Positions 50,399-64,000 of a DNA stretch of 64,000 nt are shown in pieces. The translations under genes were made by a program, and so were the position numbers. The notes under the pieces were generated by a model. It was not told where the DNA came from, searched no databases, and saw only the letters and a list, made by a program, of their open reading frames with translations. This stretch comes from Sphyrna mokarran (Eukaryota). The stretch covers positions 19,034,001 to 19,098,000 of the forward strand of contig JAGIQG010000029.1 of the NCBI GenBank assembly GCA_024679065.1, in the 5' to 3' direction. Numbering within the stretch: position 1 is the stretch's first letter; every line of letters starts with the position of its first letter.

Positions 50399-51023
50399 AC
50401 ACCAGTCATTTTCATGATCATTGGCCAGTCAATGTTGCAGGGTCTGAATATTTGATTAGTGACTTCTTTCAATCAGACAGTGCTGATTGTGTTGTATCCT
50501 TTACAGTTTCACACAATACCATATAATCTTATCATGCTAGGTTTGGAATGATTGCGAAGTATATCTAATATTGTGGTGAATCACATGATTTTCATTACTA
50601 GCTGCTCTACAGTCTCCTTTGGGAACTGTAACCTCTGCACATACTAATCCTCTGTCAAAAGTGGGATGTGTAACCCTATCTGCAGATACACATGATGTCT
50701 CTGGTAATGATTAGCATCCTCTGTTGGTCCTCTCTTTCCAGCAGAATACTCAGATTCAAGGTGATTTCCATTGGGAAACCATTAGTTGTGGTAACAGAGG
50801 CACAGGGAGTAAAAAGGAAGCAAAAGTTCAATTGCCACAAGTGGCTCCTCAGAATGAAATTAACAAAATGGTTTAGAAGTAGTTTCCTTATTACAATATT
50901 TAAATTAGCATAATGAACATCTAACTCTAATGCCCATCAAAAATAATGTTTTGTATTCTCAACTGTCTTTCATTCCCTTTGGGAAAAACTGCAGAAGTGT
51001 TGAAAGGCTGATTATCAACCTGA

Positions 51024-51170
51024 ATTGATTTGATTTATTATTGTCACAGGTATTAATATACAGTGAAAAGCAGTATTTTTTGTGCACTAAACAAACAAAA
51101 CATACCATTCACAGAGAATGAGAGAGTGCAAAATGTAGTGTTACAGTCATAGCTAGGGTGTGGAGAAAGG
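51024..51170 (-). mobile_element. Rex1/Babar 3' tail fragment
   Basis: Reverse-complement homology to 2020-2178. Confidence 0.75.
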
Positions 51171-51214
51171 ACAAGGGCCCAGACAAAGGATTTGATGAGA
51201 GGTCATTCAAACTC

Positions 51215-52050
51215 ATAGAAACTAGAATCAGGAGTAGGTCATCTTACCTTTTGCCTGATAGAGGTTTATAAGATGTTGAGAGGAATAGATAGGGTGGATT
51301 CTCGAAGGCTATTTCCCAGGGCTGAAATGGTCGCTACAAGAGGACACAGGTTTAAGGTGCTGGGGGGTAAGTACAGAGGAGATGTTAGAGGTAAGTTTTT
51401 CACTCAGAGGGTGGTGAGTGAATGGAATCGGTTGTCGTCAGTGGTGGAGAGGCGAACTCGCTGGGGTCTTTTAAGAGACTTCTGGATGAGTACATGGGAT
51501 TTAATGGGATTGGGAGTTACAGATTGTTCTATGGCCTGGTAAGTAAAGATATGATCGGCACAACTTGTGGGCCAAAGGGCCTGATTGTGCTGTAGTGTTC
51601 TACGTTCTATGTTCAAGCCTGCTCTGCCATTCATTAAACCATTGCTGATCATGAAATTCAATATTTTGATCACCCCTTCCCCTAATATTCCTTGATCCCT
51701 TTAGCCCCAAGAGTGATGTCTAATTCTTCTTGAAATCACACAACATTTTGGCCTCAACTATTTTCTGTGGTAGTGAATTTCGCACATTCACCACCCTTTA
51801 GTTGAAGAAATTTCTCCTCACCTCAGTTCTAAAAGATTTACCCCTTATCCTCAAACCATAGCCCCTTGCTCTGGAGTCCCCCAACGTCGGGAACATTCTT
51901 TCTGAATCCACCCTGTCTAATCCTGTTAGAATGTTAGAAGTTTCTATGAGATCCCTTCTCACTACTTTTAACTCTAGTGAATATAATCCTAACTGATTTA
52001 ATCTCTCTTCATATGACAGACATGCCATCCTAGAAATCAGCATGATCATT
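51215..52050 (-). mobile_element. CR1 3' fragment (minus) containing a plus-strand CR1 3' insertion at 51255-51612
   Basis: ORFs 'SYEERLNQLGLYSLE...' (minus) and 'RGIDRVDSRRLFPRAE...' (plus). Confidence 0.85.
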
Positions 52051-52979
52051 CCAACAAAATAACTTGTCTTTATTTACAAAACACTGCATGCAGTATTGGC
52101 AAAAACTTGAGTTCAGAGAGCCGTCATTTACAACTTGCTAGTTCCTCCTCAAGTCCGCGCTTACATAAAGAATCAACTTAGTATTTATATATAATTATTA
52201 TCAGTTTGCATGACCAGTGATAATTCAGAAATTTGATCAATTAGTAGCTTCATAAGTAATGTAATAAATAATGGTACAACTTGCTGACTTCCTAGAACTC
52301 TTTGTCTCATCATTCATATCTTTATCTTGTCCTTTGATAGAACAGAAGAAGGTCGGTGACTCCTTCACCCCTGACCTCGTCTTGATTTACTCATACAATT
52401 CTAGGCTACAAGGAGTTAGCCTTATCAGATCTTGATCTTCTTTGATCTTATTCATGTCTTAGGTTATGCGGAATCAGTGTTCCTTATTAAGTCTTACAGA
52501 GGTCTGGCATTTTGGAATAGCTTGATCAGCTTTCCCTATTTTGTACCAAATTCTTGACCAATTTTCCCAACATGCCACTACTTCATTTGTACAACTTCAC
52601 AAGAGAGAGAGATACAAAACAGACCAGAGGGGCAAATGATTCATGCAGAGGGTGATGAGTGTCCAAACGAAGCTGCCAGAGGCAGTAGTAGAGACGGGTA
52701 CAATTTTGTCTTTTAAAAAGCATTTAGACAGTTACATGGAAAAGATGGGTATAAAGGAACATGGGCCAAAATGCAAGCAACTGGGACTAGTTTAAGGATT
52801 TTTAAAAAAAGGACGGCATGGTCAAGTTGGGCTGAAGTGTCTGTTTCCATGTTGTAAACCTCTGTTACTGTATATTACCAGTTATTTCTCCAGGAAGATC
52901 AAATGCTTACATGTATATTAAACCATGACAAATGTATCTTTTTCCTTATGTCTGTTGAGTACTCTTTTTCTCCAAAAAA

Positions 52980-55900
52980 GAGTGTGACCTGTACAGTAAG
53001 GATGGGTGGCACTTGAACCCTAGGGAGACTAATATCTTGACAGGTAGACGAGCTAGGGTTACTGGGGGATCTTTAAACTAGAAAAGCTGGGGGGTGGGAA
53101 TACCGATGGGACGGTGAATAAGGAGGTTAGTTCCCAGGTAAGGAAGGACTGCAGGCACTCTGAGAGGGGGGTTAGGCAGGTGGTGGAAAAGGGAAATATC
53201 CTGACTGAGGGGCTGAGGTGTGTCTATTTTAATGCCAGGAGTGTAGTAAATAAGATAGATGAACTTAGGGCGTGGATTGCTGCTTGGGAGTGTGATGTGG
53301 TGGCCATTACAGAGACTTGGTTGTCTCAGGGACAGGACTGGGTACTTCAGGTGCTGGGATTCAGGTGCTTCAGGAGGGACAGGGTTGGGGGCAAAAGAGG
53401 AGGTGGTGTGGCACTGCTGATCAGGGACAGTGTCAAGGCTGTAGAGAAGGTGGAAGACGGGGATGGATTGTCTACAGAGTCTCTATGGGTGGAAGTTAGG
53501 AACAGCAAAGGCTCAATAACTTTGTTGGGTGTATTCTATAGGCCGCCCAATAGCGACAGGGAACTTGAGGGGCAGATAGGGAAACAGATCCTAGATAGAT
53601 GTAGAAATAACAGGGTTGTCTTGATGGGAGATTTCAATTTCCCAAACATTGACTGGAATATCCCAAGGGTAAAGGGTTTGGATGGTGTGGAGTTTGTAAG
53701 GTGTGTTCAGGAAGGTTTCCTGACACAGTACGTGGAAAAGCCTACGAGAGGAGAGGCTGTACTTGACCTGGTGCTTGCTAATGAGTCAGGGCACGTGTCG
53801 GATCTCACTGTAGGTGAGCATCTTGGGAATGGAGATTATAATTCTATCTCTTTCACGATAGCGATGGAAAGAGATAGGATCAGGCAGGCTAGGAAGGTGT
53901 ATGTCTGGAGTAAGGGGAAATATGAAAACATTAGGCAGGTAATTGGACGCATAAACCGGAAGGAGGTGTTCTTGGGGAAGAGTACAGAAGGAAAGTGGTG
54001 GTTTTTCAAGGAATGTTTGTCTGGGGCACTGCAAGACAATGTTCCGAGGAGTCAAGGAAGTTCTGGTAGGACGCGAGAACCGTGGTGCACGAAGGTAGTG
54101 GTAAACCTAGTTAGGAAGAAAAAAAAGGTATATAAAAGGTTCAGAGAGCTAGGGGATGTTAGGGATCTCGAGGAGTATGAGGTGTGTTGAAGGGAACTTA
54201 AAAAGGAAATTAGGAGAGCCAAAAGGGGTCATGAGAAGGCCTTGGCAGGTAAGATTAAGGAGAATCTCAAGGCCTTCTACAAATATGTGAAAAGTAAAAG
54301 GATGAGAAGGGAAGGGATAGGGCCTATGAAAGGTGAAGGGGGAAAAGTCTGTGTGAATCCGGAAGAAATGGCAGAGGTGCTTAACGAGTACTTTGCCTCG
54401 GTATTCACAGTGGAAAGTGAACTCGGAGATTGCACTGCAGGTTTGAGGCATACGGAAAAGATTGAATATGTGGATGTTAGGAAAGAGAATGTGTTAGACC
54501 TGCTAAATTCTATCAAGATAGACAAGTCGCCGGGACCGGATGGGATGTACCCCAGGTTATTGTGGGAGATGAGGGAAGTGGTTGCAGAGCCCCTGGCGAT
54601 GATCTTTGCGTCGTCCATGGAAACAGGAGAAGTTCCGGAGGATTGGAGGATTGCGGATGTGGTTCCATCTTTAAGAAAGGGAACAGGGATAGTCCAGGAA
54701 ATTACCGACTGGTGAGTTTGACTTCAGTGGTTGGTAAGCTGATGGAAAGGCTTCTGAGGGATAAGATATATGAACATTTGGAGAAGTTTGGACTGATTAG
54801 AAATAGTCAGCATGGTTTTGTCAAGGGCAGGTCAAGCCTTACGAGCCTAGTTGAGTTCTTCAAAAATGTGACTAAACACATTGACGAAGGAAGGGCGGTG
54901 GACGTAGTGTACATGGACTTTAGTAAGGCGTTTGATAAGATCCCACATGCAAGGCTTCTGGAGAAGGTGAGAGGGCGTGGGATCCAAGGGGCTTTGGCCT
55001 CGTGGATCCAGAACTGGCTTGCCTGCAGAAGGCAGAGAGTGATTGTGGATGGTCTTGTTCTGCATAGAGGTCGGTAACCAGTGGAGTGCCCCAGGGATCT
55101 GTTCTGGAACCCCTGCTGTTTGTCATTTTCATAAATGACCTGGATGAGGAAGTGGAGGGATGGGTTAGCAACTTCGCCGACGATACAAAGGTCGGTGGTG
55201 TTGTGGATGGTCTGGAGGGATGCCAAAAGTTGCAGCGGGACATAGACAGGATGCAAGACTGGGCGGAGAAGTGGCAGATGGACTTCAATGCAGATAAATG
55301 GGTAGTGGTCCATTTTGGCAGGAATAATGGGATGAAGGAGTACAATATAAGGGGTGGGAGTCTTAGCTGTGTTGTAGAGCAGAAGGATCTCGGGGTCCGG
55401 GTCCATAGGACTCTTAAAACGGCCTTGCAGGTGGAGGAAGTGGTCAAAAAGGCGTACGGTGTACTGGCCTTCATTAATCGAGGAATAGAGTTCAGGAGTC
55501 AGGAGATAATGATGCAGCTCTATAAGACTCTTGTCAGACCCCAGTTGGAGTATTGTGTGCAGTTCTGGTTGCCTCATTATAGGAAGGATGTAGAGGCTAT
55601 TGAGAGAGTTCAGAGGAGATTTACAAGGATGCTGCCTGGATTGGGAGGCAGGCCTTATGAAGATAGATTGAGGGAGCTGGGACTCTTCTCACTGGAGCGA
55701 CGTAGGTTGAGAGGCAACCTGATAGAGGTTTATAAAATGGTGAGAGCGATAGATAGGGTGGACTCTCAGAGACTATTTCCCCGAGCTGAAATGGTCACTA
55801 CGAGAGGACACAGATTTAAGGTGCAGGAAAGCAAATACAAAGGAGATGTCAGGGGTAGGTTTTTCACTCAGAGGGTGGTGAGTGAATGGAACTTGCCGTC

Positions 55901-56067
55901 GGAGGTTGTTGAGGCAAACTCACTGGGGTCTTTTAAGAGACTTCTGGATGAGTATATGGAAACGAATAGGATAAGGGGTTATAGATAGGTCTGTGGATTG
56001 GTAGATGTGATAGGCGCAACTCGTGGGCCAAAGGGCCTGTTTGTGCTGTATTGTTCTATGTTCTATG
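52980..56067 (+). mobile_element. Young 5'-truncated CR1 LINE: end of ORF1 (esterase-like), nearly complete ORF2 (APE endonuclease plus RT), 3' tail
   Basis: 'YFNARS', 'AITETW', 'MGDFNFP', 'DKSPGPDG', 'MDFSKAFD', 'PQGSVL...FADD'; in-frame TGA at 54188 and frameshifts near 54670 and 55055; tail (gttctat)n. Confidence 0.95.
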
Positions 56068-56079
56068 TAAAAGACAGTT

Positions 56080-56340
56080 CATAGAATCAAAAGGAGATCG
56101 TTTGGCCCATTGAACCTGCATCAACAACAATCCCACTCTGGCCCAAACCCCATAACCTGTTCTATTTACTCATGAATCCCTCTAATACTAAAAGGCAATT
56201 TAACCTAACCCGCTCATCTTTGGACTGTGTGAAGAAACTCGAACATCCAGAGGAAATCCACGCAGACATGGGAGAATATGCAAACTCCACACAGTTGCCC
56301 GATGCTGGAATTGAACCCAGGTCCCTAGCACTGTAAGGCA
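56080..56340 (-). mobile_element. HE1-like V-SINE
   Basis: CR1-type tail, V-domain and B box on the minus strand. Confidence 0.85.
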
Positions 56341-56749
56341 CCCTGCCAGTTGTTTTGGAGTTGCTGATGAGGATCACCCAGTTTGTTGCCTAAATTCAAG
56401 TTCATACTACATTATAAGTGTCTTTGGCGACACTTTGTTGGTATGACAACCAACATATACATTTTAACAAAATAGGCAGAGAAGAGGTATGGTGAACATG
56501 AGGCTTCTTTAAGAGACTCCAACTGAACAATATCTTCCTTAGAACTCGAGGTTGATCAACTAAGGATTTCTGGTCTAATTTGCCAATTATTACTTCCTTT
56601 ACTTTTTCTCTGTCAGATGTTGAGGATGGGGCATGTTCAGTCTGTATGCTAAAGGTTCGTATATGTATCAGTTGAACTTCCTCAATGTGACATGAAGGTA
56701 AAGGATATTTACTTCAATGAAGTATCTGTGTCAAACTGTTGGACAAATC

Positions 56750-57375
56750 TCTTGTCCACATGTCCATCCTTGATCTTTTGCAATGTTCCAGTGAAGCCCA
56801 ACAAAAACTGGAGGACTGAACATTGAATTCAACAAGTTCAGAGTATGAATTCTCTCCTGCATCTTCTCCAATCCATCTTCATTTATATTATTTTATTTTA
56901 TTTCTTTTTTCTCTTATTAATCCATTTTTACTACTTTATATTCTTATTATATATTTAAAATTTTAATTTGTTCCATTGTTTCATTTGTCCACTTCTAGAT
57001 CTTGCTTTCTATCTTGTCCCCCGACTCCTTGCAACCCATCTACCATGCACCTCATCAGGGCATTTGTCAAGTTGTCTTCTAACATGTTTGTTCTGCCATT
57101 TACACATTTTGATCTCTTAATAGGCGCCATTAGCACCATTCCCAGCCTTTATCACCATCATGGACATTCCCTTGGTCCTTTTACCTATGTTCATCTTGGG
57201 TAACTATACAACCACCCCTCCACCCACCTCAGCCCTGCCTTACAGTATAAATCTCTCCTACTTTCTTTGTCTTTAGCTCCGATGAAGGATCATCCAGACT
57301 CAAAATGTGGCTCTATTCTCTTTCCACAGATGCTGTCAAATCTCCTGAGACCTTCCTGCATTTTCTGTTTTTGCT
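56750..57375 (+). mobile_element. Penelope-like 3' fragment
   Basis: Homologous to 3150-3712; ends 'acagatgctgtcaaatctcctgag...gcattttctgttttt'. Confidence 0.75.
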
Positions 57376-57869
57376 TTACCTTGGCATTCCTGCTTACACC
57401 TAAGAATTTATCTTTTACTCCCTCCCATGACCCATAAGCACAGGAGACAGCAATTGCTATATTAGACATCATCTGCCATGTTTTTTGTGCATTTTGACAA
57501 AGAGGAGAGTTCCTTCTGCACCTCATCGTGTACAACTACCAGGCACTGATCATCAAAAGAGTCTAGTATTGCCATGTTCCCACTCATCTTCCCCTCACTG
57601 CACTCAAAGCAACTACCTATTTCCAAATGAAATAGCAGCCCTTAAGAGTTGTTATCCTGAGCATTTCTCACCCACTTTGTGTCATTGCATTCCCTGCAGT
57701 AATGGAAACTACACAAGTAGCACATTGAGATAATTATAATGCAAGGAGCTCGCCGGCTCTTGACCTCTGGTCCTAAAGTGGATTACAAGGACATCATTTC
57801 ATCAGCTCCATTTTAGTAGCATCAGTGACCCAATTCTCATATTTAATAGTTAATAAACCTTTTTCAAAA

Positions 57870-58145
57870 TTTATTTTATTAATGTCACATGATGGTTTAC
57901 ATTAACACTGCAATTAAGTTACTGTGAAAATCCCTGAATTGTCACACTCTGGCACCTGTTCAGGTACACTGAGGGAAAATTTGGCATGACCAATGCACCT
58001 AACCAGCATGTCTTTCAGAGCATCCAAAAGAAACACATGCAGATATGGGGAGAATATGCAGAATCTCCACAGACAATGAGCGAAGCCAGGAATCAAATTC
58101 GGGGCCTTGGTCCTGTGCGAATCATAGTGCCACCATGCTGCCCAA
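57870..58145 (-). mobile_element. HE1-like V-SINE, tail type 2
   Basis: Reverse-complement homology to 40450-40750. Confidence 0.85.
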
Positions 58146-59234
58146 ACTTTTGAGACACTTCGAAACATCCTGGAGATAGAGATGAAAATGTAAACAATGT
58201 ACTGATATGTCCTGAGACTGGATGCTATTCATTGTAAGATTTGGATGCTATTCATTGTAATATCTGAATTGGATTCTAATCATTGAATGCATTGCCATCG
58301 GTACAGAGGAAAAAAAAACAAATAAGCCTCCTGCCGCTTTAAGGCGCAGTTCAGCACAGTTCACACACAAATGGAATCCTTGCCGAAAATAAAGTCTGCA
58401 ATTTTCACCCACACAAAAACAATACAAAAGAGGGATTCAGGGGGGATTTGTATTTTGTGAAAATTATTGTTGAACTGTTTGAACTGTAGCTCAGAATAAT
58501 GAATTATGCAGATATCCCTTCTTGCACAAGGTGGCCAGGCCAATGAGCCATTCTCAATTATGCACAATGCTTTGGGTTGAAAAAGAATGAATGTTACTGG
58601 GTGTAAAGTAAGGCTGGCATACTGCATGCTTCTTTCATGGCGTACTTAATGCAAGATCCAGAGAACTGTGCACAATATTAATGACACAAGTGGCAAAACT
58701 GCTTAGCTTGGGATTTGTTTCATTTTTATTTAAATTCATTTACCTTCACTAGTTCATTTTATATGTGTGGGACCCTAGAGAGAACGCAATGGGAATATTA
58801 AAAGAACCCATTTGTATCTCTCTGTAATTGATAATACCATAGATAAATGTTAAGCAAAAAGAAAATTATGACTCAATAACCAAAAAGGGACATGATGTAT
58901 AGCAGATATATTCAAAATGCATAAGGTACAATCATAGCTAAGTAAAACTGAGACATAATCCTAGTCCGAAATTATTAATGCTAAAGTGAGGATGGAGTGT
59001 TATGTGAAGACAAAAGACACCCTACAAATGCAAAATAGATGAACAAGGTGATTCTGTCGAAATTCAAACGGAAACTCTGTAACCTTGAGACTTTTCTGCT
59101 GCTATATTCCTTATTCCCAGTGGCTCAGCAGAATTAAACATCATTAAAATGTTTTATAAAAATTATAGAAGCAGATTGATTATGCAAAAGTGTGAAATTA
59201 AGATTTCTGCATAAAACTTACAAAAGCAAATCTA

Positions 59235-59735
59235 TCTGAAGAACAAAAGACAAAGTACAGTACAGGAACAGGCCCTTCAGCCCTCCAAGCCTGGGTCAAT
59301 CATGATGGTTTAACTAAACTAAAAAAAAGCATTCTGCTCTTACTCAGATGGTTTCTCTCTATTCCCTCCCTATTCACATAGCCAACCAGATGCCCCTTAA
59401 ATGTTGCTAATGTGTCCCTGCTTCCACCATCACCTCTGGCAGTGTGTTCCAGGCACCCACCCCCTCTGCTTGTTATGTGAAGACAATAAACACCTTTCAA
59501 ATGCAAAATAGATGAACAAGGAATTGCCCCTTCACATTTCCCTTAAACTTTTCCTGTCTACCTTGAACCTATGCCCCGTGGAAAAAAGCCTCTGATTATC
59601 CACCCTGTCTAAGCCTTTCATAATTTTATAGATCTCTATCAAATCTCTCCTCAGCCACCGTCTTTCTAATGAAAACAATTCTAGTTTATTCAGACTCTCC
59701 TCATAGTCAATGCCTTCAAGACCAAACAACATCAC
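59235..59735 (-). mobile_element. CR1 3' fragment
   Basis: 'DYEESLNKLELFSLERRWLRRDLIEIYKIMKG'. Confidence 0.85.
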
Positions 59736-60899
59736 ATTTGATTCCTGGAAGTCACATTCAGCGATTTGTGGGGCAAACTGAGGACTTAATCCTTAACCAG
59801 AACAATTTACTTACAAACATATGAATTAGGAGCAGATGTAGGCCAATCAGTCTCTCAAGTCTACTCCACCATTCAGTAATATCAGGGCTGATCTGATTGT
59901 GGTTTCAAAGCCACAGTACCTACCCCAGGTAACCTATGATTCTCTGAAAAGCCAGGCCTGCTCAGAGGCAGAGTCAGAGGATCTGGCCAGATAAAAAGGG
60001 TTGAGCAAAATTCAAAAGGAAAAATTAAAAATGGCTGAAGGATAATTCACTGTGCAGATGCAAAGAGAATCTGAATAAATGTAAAATCAAAAGAAAAGGA
60101 TGAGCAAAATACAGCAAACAAACTGAGATAGGCAGCCATATTGATAAGCATGAGCACAGCTGCAAGAAAACTATAGTGATAGGTCCACAGTCCATGGTGG
60201 ACATAAAATGTGGTGGCCAAGCTCAACTGAATGAAAATATATGTTTTAAAAATGGCAGGCAAAGCTTAAAAAAAAGCCTTGTAGTTGATTCCCAGGCTTA
60301 AAAAAATCAGATGTCCCAAACTGCTTCTTCTGAAGGTTTCCTGTAGAGTTAATAACTTGAAAAAAATGGTCTTGTCTGCAGAACAGAAGCATGCTGAAAG
60401 CCAACAAGCAAGAGAAGATAAAAGGGAGGGAAACAAATGACAGCTGCAGAGTCCTTTTTAAAAAAAAATGTGATACTAAAACACAACATGTAGAGTTAAT
60501 AAAACTACCAGATCAATTTAGGCTAAGGCAATGTTCAAACCAAACCCAAAATTGGATACTTGGTGAAAAAAGTTTTAGATTTCAGGAGTACAAGGAATTA
60601 GAAAAAATCCAAGTTGATGTGTTTCTAGAATTGTTTGGTATACTTGTGGATGAAGCAATCCTAAAATGAGTTTTAGATGAATCCTCAACCACATTTCATG
60701 AGATATGACAAATATTTTAAACATCTTGTGGTGAACGCAGATCTTAGAAGAAGGTCTAGAATGCCCCCAGCAAAACTCTGAAATGGTGAGAAGGCACAGG
60801 TTTGAGGGAAGTGAGAGATCCTAGACTAAAGGAGATAGAAGATACCAGAACGAGGAAAATAAAGACCCCAGACCGAGGAAGGTAGTATCTGAACAAACC

Positions 60900-61570
60900 A
60901 TAATTCTCTTCATTTCTGTCTTAAATGAGTGACCCCTTATTTTACAATGGTAACCCTTAGTTGTAGATTCTCAGAGGCAACATTTGCTTCACATTTACAG
61001 GTTTCAATCAAGCCGCTTCTTTCCAAACTCTAGAGGATTCAAACTTAACCTTTCCAACCTTTCCTCATAAGACAACCTGTTGATTCCCAGTGTTAGCCTA
61101 TTAAACCTTCTCTGAACTGTTTCTAATGCGTTTACATTTTTCCTTAGATAAGGAGTTCAGTACTGTATATAATATTCCAGATGTGGTCTTATCAATTGAT
61201 ACAATTGTATCAATTGAAGCACAACCTCCCTACTTTGCTAATCAATTCCCTCACAGTAAACTATAACCAGTTATTAGTATTTCTAATTTCTTACTGTGAT
61301 TGTAATTTCTAATTACTTATTGTGCCTGTATTCTGGCCTTTTGTGATTTATGTACTAGGACACCGAGATCCCTCAGCACCTCAGAGTTCTGCAGTTTCTC
61401 ACCGTTTAGATAATAAGCTTCTTTTTTATTCTTTTAGCGAAAATGGACAATTTCACATTTCCCCACATTATATTTTATTTCCCAGATTTATGTCTTCTCA
61501 CTTAATCCATCTTGGTTCCTTTGTAGCCTCTTTAAGTCCTATTCATGATTTACTTTTCTACCTATCTTTG
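60900..61570 (-). mobile_element. Decayed CR1 RT fragment
   Basis: Reverse complement resembles CR1 ORF2 3' sequence; continues a tail piece at 59815-59940. Confidence 0.6.
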
Positions 61571-61769
61571 TGTGTGGAGTGGTGGGATTAAATAAACTGT
61601 GTACTCCTCCCAACTTGGTGGTAACAATATTCAAATCAAGATATTCTGCAATCCATGTGTGGCTGTGTGATTGGACATTCCACAATGATTTCTAACACTC
61701 AGGTGGTTGCTAAGTTCAAGAGAATGTTGATAAAAAGTCAGTTACTATTTTCAAAACTGCTGAAGAATA

Positions 61770-62530
61770 TCAAGGGGATGCAGAGAGAAGATTCACTAGG
61801 TCAATTTGGGAGTTGAGAGGATTGAATTATGAAGAAAGACCGAGCAGATTGGGACTATACTCATTGGAATTTAGAAGAATGAGAGAGGATCTTAGAAAAG
61901 AATAGAACAGAATAGAAAGGAATAGAATAGAATCCTACAGTGCAGAAGGCCATTCAGTCCATCTAGTCTGCACCAACCACAATACCACCCAGGCCCTATG
62001 CCCATTACCCCATGCATTTATCATAGCTAGTCCCCCTGACACTAAGGGGCAATTTAGCATGTCCAGTCAACCTAATCTGCACATCTTTGGAATGTGGGAG
62101 GAAACCGGACCACCTGGAGGAAACCCATGCAGACACGGGGAGTATGTGCAAACTCCACAAAAACAGTGACCCAAGGTGGGAATCATCCCTGGGTCTTGGC
62201 ATCGTGAGGCAGCAGTGCTAACTACTATATTGCTGCCCATTTTATAGGAACATATAAAATTACAAAGGGAATGGATAAGATAGAAGCAGGGAGGTTATTT
62301 CCATTGGCTGGTAAAACTGGAACTAAAGGGCATAGCCTCAAAATAAGGGGGAGCAGATTTAGGACAGAGTTGAGGAGAATCTTCTTCACCCAAAGGGTTG
62401 TGAATCTTCGGAATTCCCTGCCCAATGAAGCAGTTGAGGCTATCTCACTGAATGTTTTTCAAGCAGCAATATATAGATTTTTGAACAGAAAAGGAATTAA
62501 GAATTATAGTGAATGGGCGGGTAAGTAAAG
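61770..62530 (+). mobile_element. CR1 3' fragment interrupted by a minus-strand V-SINE (61905-62225)
   Basis: 'MDKIEAGRLFPLAGKTGTKGHSLKIRG...FFTQRVVN'; SINE with (attct)n tail. Confidence 0.85.
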
Positions 62531-62879
62531 ATGACCAGAGATTTGGTTGAGCGCCAAATTCTCCATCTTCGCTTGCAGCTGCAGTGAGATATGAACAGCC
62601 AATAAGACTGTGTCCTTAGCATTTTTGGGTAAGTTCTGCCCTGAATGTAATAACGCTTCTGCTCAGCAGGAGCAAAAAAAACTGGGAATAAAATATATTT
62701 TGGAATTTTTTATTATGAAGTTGCTTTTCTGTGTGATGGACAAATGGCAGGTTTTAGACAATAGGACAAACACGGAATAGCATCATATTAAACAAATATT
62801 AAAAGGCTTCACAATGCTTCGATGGCAGGAGTATTGCTGCATATCATTTATAGCATCAAACATATGAACAATTAAAGTT

Positions 62880-63160
62880 TCATAGTATCGCTACAGTATA
62901 GAAGGAGGTCATTTGGCCCATCGAGACTGTAACAACCACAATCACAGCCAGGGTCTATCCTCATAACCCCACACATTCACCTTGCTAATCCCCCCAACAC
63001 TAGCGTCAATTTTAGCTTGGACAGTCAACCTAACTTGCATATCTTTGGACTGTGGAAGGAAACCAGAGCACGTGGAGGAAAACCCACGCAGACACAAGGA
63101 GAAAGTACAAACTCTGCACAGACAGTGACCAATCAAACCTGTGTCTCTGGCACAGTGCTG
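62880..63160 (-). mobile_element. HE1-like V-SINE
   Basis: CR1-type tail and V-domain on the minus strand. Confidence 0.85.
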
Positions 63161-64000
63161 CCCAAGTTTACTGAATAAGTTTTTAATTGTTGCCCAATAT
63201 AACAATGATCATCTACACAAGAGGAGTATTTTCTATGAGAGAGAGGTTGAATCACCTTATGGAACATTAGGGCCACAGAATTCTTCCTATGGAGAAAACA
63301 ACACAGAATTCTACTCAAGGCCAGGATTTGGCATGCACGGCTTTCTCTCTGCCGCTACGAAGCTACGTTACCATAATGCTACATTTTCATTGCAAGGCAA
63401 CAGCTAGAACAATAGAGTATGAATGCTTCACCACCACAACAGTGCAGTTCCTGAAAAGAGTGTCAAAACCTGCACAGACGAAGTTTACAGTCATGGGTGT
63501 TGTTTCCACGGCTCCAGGCACTCCATAGTACATAATGCTTTATTGCTCCATTGATTTTAATACTATAAATTTTGCAGGTATAACAGCGTTGCAGGATGGT
63601 TGGTCCGGAACATGTCAGCTCCATTCCACTTCATTACAAATAACTCCATTTACCTCGAGAAGAGTAGTAACTCCAACCATCCTATATTATGCTTGCATTT
63701 TTGTTGCTTCGTTTTTTTTTTAATTATAGACAATGTTTGTGGTAGTGTGGCCCCTTTAAAAGGCAATCCCTAATGAGCCATGCATTTAGGTCAAACGCTA
63801 TGGAACAGCAGTATGGGAAGCTGAGCCAATTGGGTGCGAGGACGCGCGTCCCAATTTGGGGAGGGTCTTCAGTTGGAGCCAGAAATAGAGAGTAGTTGTG
63901 TATTCAGTCCTGTAAGACCATTATTTGTAGAAATCATTTTACTGTTGGTAACAAACTCTTTATAATTTTAAGAGATAATGAGTTGCCTTCCAAGTTATTA

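Noticed and set aside
54277-55577. Long minus-strand ORFs (113, 184 and 256 aa)
   Set aside because: Antisense shadows of CR1 ORF2.
57278-57315. Hammerhead-like motif in the Penelope fragment (also near 3211-3245 and 18977-19012)
   Set aside because: Core boxes are mutated (CCGATGA, CAAAA and similar); not expected to be catalytic.
58219-58260. Two 19-bp direct repeats with 23-bp period
   Set aside because: Simple tandem duplication; not CRISPR-like, and the context is eukaryotic.
60391-60669. 92-aa ORF with faint gag-like character
   Set aside because: Similarity too weak to support any call.

Overview
This is eukaryotic, repeat-dense vertebrate DNA, most likely elasmobranch (shark), judged from the HE1-type V-SINEs and CR1 LINEs. 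I recognise no intact host protein-coding gene. Content: about 20 V-SINE copies with two different 3' tails; a second tRNA-SINE family sharing its tail with a decayed CR1/L2-group LINE; one young 5'-truncated CR1 LINE (52980-56067; 1 nonsense, 2 frameshifts); many CR1 fragments; Rex1/Babar, Penelope, Gypsy and PIF/Harbinger remnants; solo LTRs; MITEs; and a tRNA-Asp pseudogene. Most worth follow-up: an intact minimal hammerhead ribozyme in a Penelope-type hairpin (4219-4254, minus); a block duplicated 34 kb apart that keeps a putative terminal coding exon; a near-identical 242-bp inverted SINE duplication; a V-SINE that appears to have swapped its CR1 tail for a Rex/Babar-like tail; a 763-bp G-tract inside a SINE; and a possible micro-exon cluster or promoter at 27.7-28.2 kb. 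All alignments were done by eye and repeat boundaries are approximate.
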